Source: a virus. Taken from it: 64,000 bases of DNA. The notes beneath the pieces were generated by a model that had not been told where the DNA came from, made no database searches, and saw nothing but the letters and a program-made list of their open reading frames with translations. The stretch lies in IMG/VR virus record IMGVR_UViG_3300044722_000002, positions 1-64,000 of that record. One strand, given 5' to 3'. Below, in pieces: positions 49,994-59,800 of the stretch (positions are counted from its first letter, which is position 1; each line of letters starts with the position of its first letter). Made by a program: the position numbers and the translations under genes.

Positions 49994-51484
49994 ATGTCTA
50001 CACCTGAAGGCGGACTACCTTCCGCCACCCCCGATGTATCTAGTCAATCCGTAGCAACTAGCGGTTCACAACCGGCAGACTCGTCACCTGCGCCGGCTAC
50101 GGCGGATTCTTCGTTGGCGGACGTACAACCGCAATCCGTTCAAGGAGAGCCTGATCCACTTGCAGGACTGCCTACTGAGGAAGAAATTCAGGAAGCAATC
50201 AAACAAGGGACACCCTTCGCAAAAGGGTTGGCTCAGATCAAGGGTGCTTACGACCCGCTCAAAACCCAATTCGACGAACTTTCCGGTAAGCACAAAATCT
50301 TCGAGAATGTAGCGGATCGCTTTCAGACTCCTGAAGAAGTGCAGGAAACCGTCGATTTTCGCGAACGGTTCTTAGGTTGGAAACGAGATGATTCAGGTCA
50401 ACTCGAACCCGCCACGGAACCCGCTGCCCAGTTTCTGGTTGAAAAGTATCCCGATCACGCTCGCTATCTCTGGGCTGACATGTCCGAGATGCAAGTACCG
50501 AATCCGAATACCGGACAACTCATGCCTTTGATGGACATTGCCTTAGAAGGCATTGCCGCCGATCCTACGGAGAGGCAGAAGGCGTTAAGGATTCTAGGGG
50601 GAGTTGAGCCGTCCCAAGTGGCCCCACAGTGGCAAGCTACCGCCGAAGAGTTGGAGTCTGTCAAACCAGAGCTTCAGGACATTTATAAGAAGCTTCCGTA
50701 TGAGGAACGCGAGGAACTCCGCGCTAATAGTCCTGAGTTTATCAATCGCCATCTGGAAAGAGAAAAATTCCAGCAGGAGTTGATTGCTCAGAACCAACAA
50801 GCTCAGGAGCGCGAGTCTCGACAACTTCAAGCCCGTGAACAGTATCAGCGGGAACAAGCAAAGCAGGCTGGCAATACGCGAGTCGAGCAGGGCTTTCGGC
50901 AGGTATTCACTGAGTTTAAACAATCTATTGTAGAACGAAGCAAGTTCGTTGCTCCACTTGATCCGCAATCTCAGGAAGCGCAGCAGATGCCTCCCGAACA
51001 AGTGCAGCAATTCAACCAACTAGCAGAGAGAGTCAACACCGGTATGGGTTCAATGATTGCTCTGGTTACGGCAGCAATGTCCGTTCCGGACACTCAATGG
51101 CTTGCACTGGACTTCTTTAAGGCAATCGGACTTCCTGAAAAAACAATTCAGGATTTTGACGGTGCCAGGAAGGAGTTTGCCAACAATTCTCGTGAATTTG
51201 GCGAGTTGGAATTTCTGAAACAACCCGGAGGACAACTTCAGTCCAACGCCACTCGTGCGAGTAAAAGCATGAAGGGTTATGGGAATCTGATCGCAGCTCC
51301 GTTGTTTGAGTTGGTTGGGAAATTATTCGAGATGAAAGCTTCAGGCTACAATTCAACCTTGAACGGCAGCCCTCAAGTCAGACCGTCGATAACTGGATCA
51401 GCTTTCGACCCGACCAGGGAAGCCAGCGGCCAGCCTCCTGCGTCCTTTAGGACAAAGCAGGAGATTGACGCCCTATACGGTTAG
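49994..51484 (+). CDS. capsid scaffolding protein
   Basis: Low-complexity N-terminus; Gln/Glu coiled coils; directly upstream of the capsid gene. Confidence 0.65.
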   Translation: MSTPEGGLPSATPDVSSQSVATSGSQPADSSPAPATADSSLADVQPQSVQGEPDPLAGLPTEEEIQEAIKQGTPFAKGLAQIKGAYDPLKTQFDELSGKHKIFENVADRFQTPEEVQETVDFRERFLGWKRDDSGQLEPATEPAAQFLVEKYPDHARYLWADMSEMQVPNPNTGQLMPLMDIALEGIAADPTERQKALRILGGVEPSQVAPQWQATAEELESVKPELQDIYKKLPYEEREELRANSPEFINRHLEREKFQQELIAQNQQAQERESRQLQAREQYQREQAKQAGNTRVEQGFRQVFTEFKQSIVERSKFVAPLDPQSQEAQQMPPEQVQQFNQLAERVNTGMGSMIALVTAAMSVPDTQWLALDFFKAIGLPEKTIQDFDGARKEFANNSREFGELEFLKQPGGQLQSNATRASKSMKGYGNLIAAPLFELVGKLFEMKASGYNSTLNGSPQVRPSITGSAFDPTREASGQPPASFRTKQEIDALYG

Positions 51485-51498
51485 AGGAGCTAAAATCC

Positions 51499-52791
51499 AT
51501 GCCCGAAGTAACTAGTGTAACTAATCTACTCGATCTGTATCAACAGCAGATCGTGATGGCAAAAAATCAATATGTTGTTAGAGCCCCGCTTTGGCACGCT
51601 ATTGGCACGATGACTCGCGGTGAGGTTGTTTCACAGCGAGGCATCAGATACGCCTACGGTAAGAGCCAGCCCGGAGGCCACGGTAACCCTACCCTAAGCC
51701 AGCCGGACAACAATAGAGCAATCCCTGAGCAGACGGATTCGATGTGGGCGGTGCCCCAGTGGTACACCATTCCTATCGAGATTGACTATTCGCTGCTAAA
51801 CGATGCTGGTGGAGCGCGAGGCCCGAAGAAGGCCCAGGCGATGTTCAATATCGAGCGCATCATCAAAAACGTCACTGACGTTGCGGCACAACGACAGGAG
51901 TTCTACGCTTGCGGTAACGGATCAGGTGCGTTGGCTTACGCTTCTGCGTCCTTGACCGTAGCCGGTGCGGGTCAGACGCTAACTTGTGAAACCGCCGCCG
52001 CCGCCGCTCCCGGCCACACCAAGGGTGCCGTGCGGTTGAAACAGAATCAATACTACCAGTCATGGGACACCGCGACCGGGTTACCTGAAGGCACGATCCT
52101 TGTAACCTCCGCGAACAACAAGACTCAGGCAACCGTGACGCTGCTAAGCGGCGTGGTCACTTCGGGTAACCCAATTACCGATGTCGGTTCCTACAACGCC
52201 GTACCGATGGGAATTACGGGATTGATCGATGACACAAACCGTATCGTTCAAGGCCGTGATTCAGCAGTGGACACGATTATGAACGTTCCGACGATTGACT
52301 TGAACGGCAACAAGTTCACAATCAGCGATCGGGAGACGGTCAAGACCATGCTTGTCACACTTAATCTTGAGAAAGGCGCTCGCAGCGGGTTAACGAATAT
52401 CACGACCCCCGGCCTGATGTCCGACTTGAGAAAGCAGGGATTTGGTCAACGTCGCCTGACTGCCGATGACGCAGTGACGGACATTGCGGCGATATACAAG
52501 GATGTGGACGGAACTCGCATGATGGAGATTGCCAACTATGACGAAGATCGTTCGACGTTCTTCCAGGACAACCTCCAGAAATTCACCGAGTTTGAGTTTG
52601 ACGATATCAATCCTGACGGCCTTAGTTGGAGAAATCTCCCCGGCGTCAACGCCACAGGTTCACGCAATTTCTACCGCTTCTGGGGAACGAGCTGGACTTT
52701 TGGTATAGACGACTTTTTGACTTGTTCGACAATCAAACGCGCCAGCAGCACAGGAATTGTCCGACAGGTTGATACGGGTCTTGGGAATTAA
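51499..52791 (+). CDS. major capsid protein
   Basis: 430 aa; strong GAGGAG RBS; follows scaffold; GNGSGALA and PMGITGLID HK97-type motifs. Confidence 0.75.
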   Translation: MPEVTSVTNLLDLYQQQIVMAKNQYVVRAPLWHAIGTMTRGEVVSQRGIRYAYGKSQPGGHGNPTLSQPDNNRAIPEQTDSMWAVPQWYTIPIEIDYSLLNDAGGARGPKKAQAMFNIERIIKNVTDVAAQRQEFYACGNGSGALAYASASLTVAGAGQTLTCETAAAAAPGHTKGAVRLKQNQYYQSWDTATGLPEGTILVTSANNKTQATVTLLSGVVTSGNPITDVGSYNAVPMGITGLIDDTNRIVQGRDSAVDTIMNVPTIDLNGNKFTISDRETVKTMLVTLNLEKGARSGLTNITTPGLMSDLRKQGFGQRRLTADDAVTDIAAIYKDVDGTRMMEIANYDEDRSTFFQDNLQKFTEFEFDDINPDGLSWRNLPGVNATGSRNFYRFWGTSWTFGIDDFLTCSTIKRASSTGIVRQVDTGLGN

Positions 52792-53520
52792 CTTTTTTGG
52801 CCTACCGCCTTTGCCTTTTCGGGAGGGCGGCAACTCAAACCCAAACGCTTGTTCGGGGGTCCAGTTTCGTTTCAGTCTATAACTGGCAGTTGCGGATAGG
52901 ACTCCCGATATTTCAGACCATTCGGACATACACTTTACTTGATCGCCGATAGTAATCAGGCGATTGGTTCGACGGTTTCGATTGTTGATCTTTGAAGATG
53001 ACCATTTGATATTCATCGGCCAACCGTTTTCAATGCATTCAGAGCATTCTCCGCATGAGTAATGACCGTCGTTCTCAATGCGGTCGGTCTGATCGGTTGG
53101 CAACGGATCGCCTAAGAGTCTGTAGTAGTTCTCGAACCTTGTCAGACCTTGACATGCTCGAATTCCACGTCCAACGTAATTGTGCTGGGTTTTGACGTTA
53201 GGATTACGGGCTCGCGTAAGCATCCCTACCCAGCGGCTATAGACAGGTGTTTGACGCATTCCGTGAGTTCTTTGAACGGCGCTACGGCAACCACAGGAAG
53301 TGGTTCGCTTCTGACCCAACTTGTTACGGTTAACGATTGACCAATTACCGCACGAGCAGCGACACAGCCAATATCCGGTACGTTCTTTGACGTGGTAGCC
53401 AACAAGGCCGAATACGGTTAAGTGATGGAACTTACGCCCTACAATGGTGATTCGGTGCGTGAAGCTGACAGGTGAACGCGGACGAAGTTTGGCGAGAATG
53501 CTATAGTTGAGAATCTGCAT
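52660..53520 (-). CDS. free-standing HNH homing endonuclease (antisense to the head operon)
   Basis: WLCRCSCG, SCGC, HG...YSRWVGMLTR, YVGRGI, DRIENDGHY, NNRNRR motifs. Confidence 0.85.
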   Translation of the reverse strand: MQILNYSILAKLRPRSPVSFTHRITIVGRKFHHLTVFGLVGYHVKERTGYWLCRCSCGNWSIVNRNKLGQKRTTSCGCRSAVQRTHGMRQTPVYSRWVGMLTRARNPNVKTQHNYVGRGIRACQGLTRFENYYRLLGDPLPTDQTDRIENDGHYSCGECSECIENGWPMNIKWSSSKINNRNRRTNRLITIGDQVKCMSEWSEISGVLSATASYRLKRNWTPEQAFGFELPPSRKGKGGRPKKLIPKTRINLSDNSCAAGAFDCRTSQKVVYTKSPARSPEAVEIA

Positions 53521-53614
53521 CCAAAGATTTCCTTTAACACGGTGATTTGGGTGTAACGTGGGAGACGGTTCATGCCGTCTCTCACACCTAAGTATAACAC
53601 TTTCGGAGGTAGAA

Positions 53615-53863
53615 ATGGCAGATCACGCAATTACTTTAGCGACCGGACAGGTCGGTTCAAACCCCGACGATCAGGGGATGATTAACGAGGACGTGAAGGT
53701 GGTTGGCACGGGCGGAACGAGTGGAACCTACACGACAAAATACGTGAAACAACCGCAGAGAGTTCGGGGTCCATTCTCCTCGTCCATTAGTGGACAAGTA
53801 GTTACACTGACGAGTGCTGCCTTTACCGGCACTGAGTACGCGACTATTGTTGGTTACGCATGA
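53615..53863 (+). CDS. small virion (decoration-like) protein
   Basis: GGAGG RBS; Thr/Gly-rich; follows the capsid gene. Confidence 0.55.
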   Translation: MADHAITLATGQVGSNPDDQGMINEDVKVVGTGGTSGTYTTKYVKQPQRVRGPFSSSISGQVVTLTSAAFTGTEYATIVGYA

Positions 53864-54627
53864 GTTTTTACGATGACGTTTATAATCAATCTGCGCAGTG
53901 GTATCCCCAAATGCCACCGCCTGAATCTTTCACGTCGAAAGACGCGACAAGGTTTCAGACGCTTATTGATAACGCGACCGGGACTCGGGATGGACGCCCG
54001 ATAAATAAACTCGCCTGGGCTCCCTACGAGTTTCGTTGGTACCCGCACCGGATGGAAGAATCTCCCAAGGGTTACACGCTTCCAATTTTCTACTACGGTA
54101 ACGATGGTGACGGGGGAAAGGTGGCAGCCCCGCGATGGGTTTTACTTGAAAGACTTGAACCGGAACAGTATGCGGGGACTTGGGAAGTTGGCCGTTACTC
54201 CGTTTACGACGGAACGGTCTGGGACTGGAAAGGTCCATGCCCCTCAGAGCGTTACGTTGAGCTGAGGGCTCACTGCTACCATAACGGAGAGTGCTGTCCC
54301 TGTCACGGTGCGGAGTGCCGGTGTATGGGAGCACTCGAACATTGTTGGGGTTACTACCTTGACCCAAACAGCAATTTGTTAGACTGGATAAAGCGTACCA
54401 TTAAGGCGGCAATGGGCGACCCTGAAGTTCGACCTGGTGACGACGTGCGATACCTCGACGCGCCACAAGGCCAGCGAGACGCCCTAACGCGATCACAAAC
54501 ACTCGCGGAAAAGCAAGAGGACGAAAGACGTAAAGCGGCAGAGGAAATTCGAGACCATCTTTTGCGAAGCCCTACAAGCGTAGGAGGCTTTACGAAAACG
54601 GAAAGTGGTCTATACCTGCTCAACTAA
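53860..54627 (+). CDS. hypothetical protein with Cys/His cluster
   Basis: PRWVLLER; HCYHNGECCPCHGAECRC. Confidence 0.6.
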   Translation: MSFYDDVYNQSAQWYPQMPPPESFTSKDATRFQTLIDNATGTRDGRPINKLAWAPYEFRWYPHRMEESPKGYTLPIFYYGNDGDGGKVAAPRWVLLERLEPEQYAGTWEVGRYSVYDGTVWDWKGPCPSERYVELRAHCYHNGECCPCHGAECRCMGALEHCWGYYLDPNSNLLDWIKRTIKAAMGDPEVRPGDDVRYLDAPQGQRDALTRSQTLAEKQEDERRKAAEEIRDHLLRSPTSVGGFTKTESGLYLLN

Positions 54628-54646
54628 GAGCAACTGAAAGGATCGT

Positions 54647-55816
54647 ATGAGTCAAGTTTTGGAAGTGTCAGAGGGAATCCCTGTTGACGGCAGAGTGTTT
54701 GAGCCGCCGCAATCGAACATCGACAACGAAGCCCCGCTCTATCTGGCTTTTGTTGGAAGTTTGATTGATCCACAAACGGCCAAAGATCGTCCGTGGACGA
54801 AGGCGGGGGGCATCGAGGTGTCCAATCCCTGTCTGCGATTTGTGAAACATTTCCTTCGTAAGGGTCGAATCACTCCCTTGCTGAAAGATACGCATGATTT
54901 CATCCCTTACGACATTGCCAAAAAAATCGTGGATGGAGAGCCGACGCAGCATGGATATTTCCGACAGGCAATTCCTCCCGGTTACGTGTCGCCCAATCTT
55001 CCTCCGTCGAGAGGTGTAGGTTACGGTAAAGATCCGTCACCTGTTGGAACGTTAGTTGGCAAAATTGCGTATCCCGGCGATCAGGTCAATGGGATTCTTG
55101 TCGGCAGTGCAAATGTTTCAAGTGAAGGATACCGGCGGGGAATAGTCGAGATCGCGTCTCTAAAATCTCACCCGTACAAGCCTCGCCAAATGGGCGGAAT
55201 GTACGTTGATCCCGAAATCTGGCGGATACAACAAACGATCTTTCCTGACTACCCGTTTTTCTACGATAAGAACAGACAGCCGACGGTTCTAATTAGTGAA
55301 GTCGAGCGGGTTCTTGATGATGCCGCCGAACATTCCAGCCTTCGAGAAATTATTGACAGTTTCATGCTGTCGTTAACTGAATTTCGGGACTACGCGAGCA
55401 CGACCATTCAGAACTCTCACGCCAAGATGCGAGAGATTGGAGCAAAAACCGAAGGCTACATCCCTCGTTACACGGCAATGGATTTAGTGCTGCTTGATCA
55501 GCTTGGCCTGCAACGTCAGGATCGTGAAATCCGACAAGTTGTAGCGAGCGGTGGCGGAAATCAAAAACTAGAGAACATGTTTGAGCAATGGCTGGCAATC
55601 TCCCTTGAGGAAAAGCAAGCTAACCTCGAACGGCAAAAACGCGCCGGCGAGGTAGCTACGCCTTTAGTTGACGAAGATACTATGAAGGCGGAACCGGAGA
55701 TCGAGCCTGATCCGGTTGAACTACCGTCATACGATTGTGAGTGTGGAAAACCTTTCGACACCGCGCGCGCGATTCAGATGCATAAAACTCGCTGGTGCGA
55801 ACTAAGGGAGAAATAG
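54647..55816 (+). CDS. hypothetical protein with C-terminal zinc finger
   Basis: YDCECGKPFDTARAIQMHKTRWC. Confidence 0.6.
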   Translation: MSQVLEVSEGIPVDGRVFEPPQSNIDNEAPLYLAFVGSLIDPQTAKDRPWTKAGGIEVSNPCLRFVKHFLRKGRITPLLKDTHDFIPYDIAKKIVDGEPTQHGYFRQAIPPGYVSPNLPPSRGVGYGKDPSPVGTLVGKIAYPGDQVNGILVGSANVSSEGYRRGIVEIASLKSHPYKPRQMGGMYVDPEIWRIQQTIFPDYPFFYDKNRQPTVLISEVERVLDDAAEHSSLREIIDSFMLSLTEFRDYASTTIQNSHAKMREIGAKTEGYIPRYTAMDLVLLDQLGLQRQDREIRQVVASGGGNQKLENMFEQWLAISLEEKQANLERQKRAGEVATPLVDEDTMKAEPEIEPDPVELPSYDCECGKPFDTARAIQMHKTRWCELREK

Positions 55817-56572
55817 TTGCCGACTATAACTGAGCTTTGCGACAATGTTCTCCTAAGACTTGGGGACCCTAGGAGTAACCGACCCTCCTACGCGCAAGCT
55901 CTCAATACCGTCTGTACGAACGTTCGGACAATCAAACGTCACCAGCGAAACACTTCAAATCCGTGGAACTACAATGACACGATAGTTCAAGTCGCCCCGG
56001 GTGTTCCGTCGTATCAGATTACAGCAGCGGACTTCGGCACTCCTTTGGTAGTGCTTACCTGGGACCCGACTAACCCAGCGTGGATTGCCCGTCCTGTCCC
56101 GTTCTTCCAACCACAGAACATTGACACCTACGACTGGGGTTATCAACAGAATTCCGCTTTCGCGTTCACTCCTTATGATGGTTCGAACTGTACAGCCCAA
56201 CGATGTGCTTTCTATTGGCGAGACAATCAAGCCTACGTTGACTTTCTGCCTTTGCCGATGTCAGGTGCGTCATACAAAATACGTTACCTTCAATCAGCTA
56301 ATGGAGTGAACTCGGCCGCGTTAACATCCTCTCCGCTTACCAATGAGGATGCTGATCTGTGCGAAGTCCGATCTGCCTTAGGACTGCTGGCTTTAACTGA
56401 ATGGTCTGATTCGTCCGCTAAAGATGGACGTGATTACAACGCGGAACGTAGACGTGATCTATCCGCAACCCTGCAAGGTGAAGAAGCGGAACTACGTCGT
56501 CAATTCGAAGCAAGTCAACTGATCACAACCGGGCCAAGAGTCTATGAGCGATGGAACAACATCACGGGTTGA
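55817..56572 (+). CDS. head-tail adaptor-like protein
   Basis: MPTITELCDNVLLRLGD...PWNY...SYQI pattern. Confidence 0.55.
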   Translation: MPTITELCDNVLLRLGDPRSNRPSYAQALNTVCTNVRTIKRHQRNTSNPWNYNDTIVQVAPGVPSYQITAADFGTPLVVLTWDPTNPAWIARPVPFFQPQNIDTYDWGYQQNSAFAFTPYDGSNCTAQRCAFYWRDNQAYVDFLPLPMSGASYKIRYLQSANGVNSAALTSSPLTNEDADLCEVRSALGLLALTEWSDSSAKDGRDYNAERRRDLSATLQGEEAELRRQFEASQLITTGPRVYERWNNITG

Positions 56573-56840
56573 CGATGTAACCGAGTTGTTGGCCAACGGC
56601 GCACGGTTACCCGAACATCCCGCTTCGACTAACTCGTTAAAAGTAGTCTCGTTTGGCACCGTAAGAGACGATGGTGACGGGACGATCCTTAAGGGTGGAT
56701 TACATGAGAATGAGGTTCGAATCTTGATGAGCGGGCATCCGGGAGCGTTGGGCCACCTTTACCGATTTGTGATTCGAAACCAGCGAATCTACCACACTCG
56801 TTCACTGGTTACGATTGACGTTCTCTGCGAAGATGCCTGA
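56544..56840 (+). CDS. hypothetical protein
   Basis: Fills the gap before terL. Confidence 0.4.
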   Translation: MSDGTTSRVDDVTELLANGARLPEHPASTNSLKVVSFGTVRDDGDGTILKGGLHENEVRILMSGHPGALGHLYRFVIRNQRIYHTRSLVTIDVLCEDA

Positions 56841-59800
56841 ACCAACCCTAGAACATGTACTTGATCTTCTCGCCAGTTCGACGCCTGAGCAGGTTGACAA
56901 AACAATGTCATGGCTCAAGGCGAACATTCCTGATACCTATAAAAGACTCAGCGCCTACCTTAAACTAAACAAAGGTATTTTTATTGAGCGGCGCGGGCCG
57001 GAGCATTGGTTAAAGACTCTTGGTGCGCAGACGTTCACCCGTCCCTTTGCTCCAATTCAACGAAGATTTTGGGAGTGGAACTGGGGAGCGTTAAATAAAG
57101 TACGAAACGGAGTCCCGCTTGATCCGAAAGAGACGGTTGGGTTTCTACCGTGGCCCAGAGAAACAGGAAAGTCGAGCCACGTGGAGTGGGCGGCAATAGC
57201 CGAGGGAGCCATACTTAAAAGCGGCTATGTTATTTACCTCTCCGCAAAACTCTCACAAGCAATAGACCACGTGGTTGCGATTCGTGATCGCATCGAGTCG
57301 GAACACGTGGCTGAGACCTACCCGTGGCTGGGAAAACCAAAACTAGGAGCGCACGGAAATAAGTTCGGCTGGGGGCAGGAGTTTTTAATGACTTCGGGCG
57401 GCTGGTCTATTCGACCAGTCGGAGCGGATGTAGCGATGCGCGGCGGGAAGTCAATCAACCTTAGACCATCTATGGTGATTTGTCATGAACGCGGCACGCG
57501 AATGCTGCATGAGAGCCAGTGGATCAAAGTAGAAGATCACCCCACGGCCAAAGAGCACCGATCTGATGGCGTTGAGGTGCAACTGCACGGACTTCCATTC
57601 AGGGAAACGGTTTCGCTGGATCATCGGTATAAGGTTATTAGCAAGAGACGAACTACGGTTAACGGAGAGAAGAATGTTTATGTTTGGACTGCGCCAGCGT
57701 GGGTGAAAGGCAGTGATCTTTCCGAAGAGTGTTACGTCGGTCTGCCTATTGATTTCTCTGTGAAACCGCTCCAGCCTGTCTTAAAAGATTTTAGTCGGAA
57801 GAAAATTGTTGGACGTGATAAAAAGGGCCGAATCACTAAATATGAGAACGTGGGTTTGGAGCGTGTGGTTATTGAGGAGTTTTTTGATCCCGATTGGTGG
57901 TGGCTAATTGGATTGTGGTGGGGAGACGGACACTTAACAAAAACTCAGGTTGGGTGGACCATCGCCACTGCAGAGCCAGAGATATTTGCCCGCGTATCGT
58001 CCATTCTTCGTCGCTGGAATAAGCCCTATTCAGTCGTACCGAAGTCTGGATGCTCTCAAATTGTTATCGCGCATACAGCTATGAGCCGATGGCTGCGAAC
58101 GTGGAAGTTAAGCAAAAAGCAAGGACATAAAGCCCCTCCCGCATGGGTGGAAAAACTTAACAGCGTCTATCAAGAGCGATTGATTCAAGGCTACGTAGCA
58201 GCGGACGGTTTTATTGACATCGCGGGGAACGGGGTTCGTATCACAAGCGTGAGTTTAGAAGGTCTGCTTGCGTTACGACGAATCCTTTTGCGATTTGGTA
58301 TCTGTTCGTCTATCCGACGGGGTGTCGGGCCAGGGCAGATAGTTATCAAAGGAAGGACTTGCCAAACCCAACAAAAATATGACCTGAGATTTAGGGGTGG
58401 AGCAAGAAGTCTTGGATACCCGTTTGATGATCAAACTCGCTATGACTTTGTTCAGTATTTTATTGAGGACGGGTGGCTATGGTCGAAAATTAGATCGCTA
58501 GCCCCCGCGCTCGATAAAGTTTTCGTGCCGATAAAAACGGAAGATCATACATATGTAACGGCATTTGGTCAGTCGCACAATTGCGACGACTACGACGAGC
58601 TGGGCGACTCTCCGCACGTGGTTGAGCATAAGGAGCACATGCTAACGCGGGCCATCCTTCCGATGGGCAACGCTAACACCCGTGTGCTCGTTCCGCAGAA
58701 CCCAATTCATCCGAATTCAGTGGTTAACCGAATGCTGACGGGCGCATCTCTTGCTTTGGCTATCCGTACTATCTTTGGGGAGATTAACGAAGAGGGCTCA
58801 CTTAGCGCGAGACCAATCCAAGCCGTTAAGGGATTAGTGTACGAAGTTCGTCAGGCCGACGAAGGCCCGTACTCGGTCATCACGCAGGGCGAGTCTAACT
58901 GGCCCGGTATCACGGTTTCTGACTGGGAAGGCACAATGAACAGGGTAAGCCCGGACGCGTTTGCCGCTGAATACCAGCACGATATGACGGTAGTAAAAGA
59001 GGAAAGAGTACTACCTGAATACGATGATCGTGTTTTACGTTTACACGTAATTACCTGGAGTCAGTTTGAGGCGAAATATAAGATACGTCGAATTCCGAGA
59101 GACTGGCCCTGCGATGTTGGGCTGGACATTGGTTACACGGTGGCCCACAAGTCAGCATGGTCGTTCATTAGTAAAGTACCGCAAGCATATGAATTGTCGG
59201 GCTCAATCTTCCGCTACCGAGGCCGCACGTTCACCGGCATTGGCATAGACGAACAGGCGGTAATCATTCGCAGTGAACTTTGGCCGGAAGAAAAGATTGA
59301 GCGAGAGTACATGAGCCATGAAAAACTAGGCGAGCGAATGGTTCTGAATTCCAAGCATGACTGGCACTTTAATCCATTTCCTGATATTGGAAAATTTGCA
59401 GGGGTGGCCCAGTGGCGACACTTTTTAATGTCCGATCATTCTCAACCGCATCCGTTTCATCCTGACAGAAAAGGGATAGACGGACGTTGGGAGCTTGGTC
59501 GTCCGGCATGGTTTGACGTGGTCGATGATCGACAGTTTATCGCCCCAGTGGACGATGCGGGCATGAAAGGGCATCGCGACGGTGCTTATAACTGGCGTAA
59601 AGTGCCGGTTAAGTTAACGGATAAAGGATTAACTATTGAGCAGCCAGCTAAGAAGGATGACGATGAATGCTTTGTGGCTGGAACTCTGATTACGACCGCG
59701 AGAGGCGAAGTCCCGATTGAAGAAATAGGCCAAAAAGATGTAGTCCTGACACGACAGGGATGGTATAGTGTTCTCGCTTGTGGCAAGACTAAATCTGAGG

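Noticed and set aside
52660-53520. Group I intron carrying the HNH gene
   Set aside because: The capsid ORF is complete, the downstream gene has its own RBS, and no intron core is recognisable
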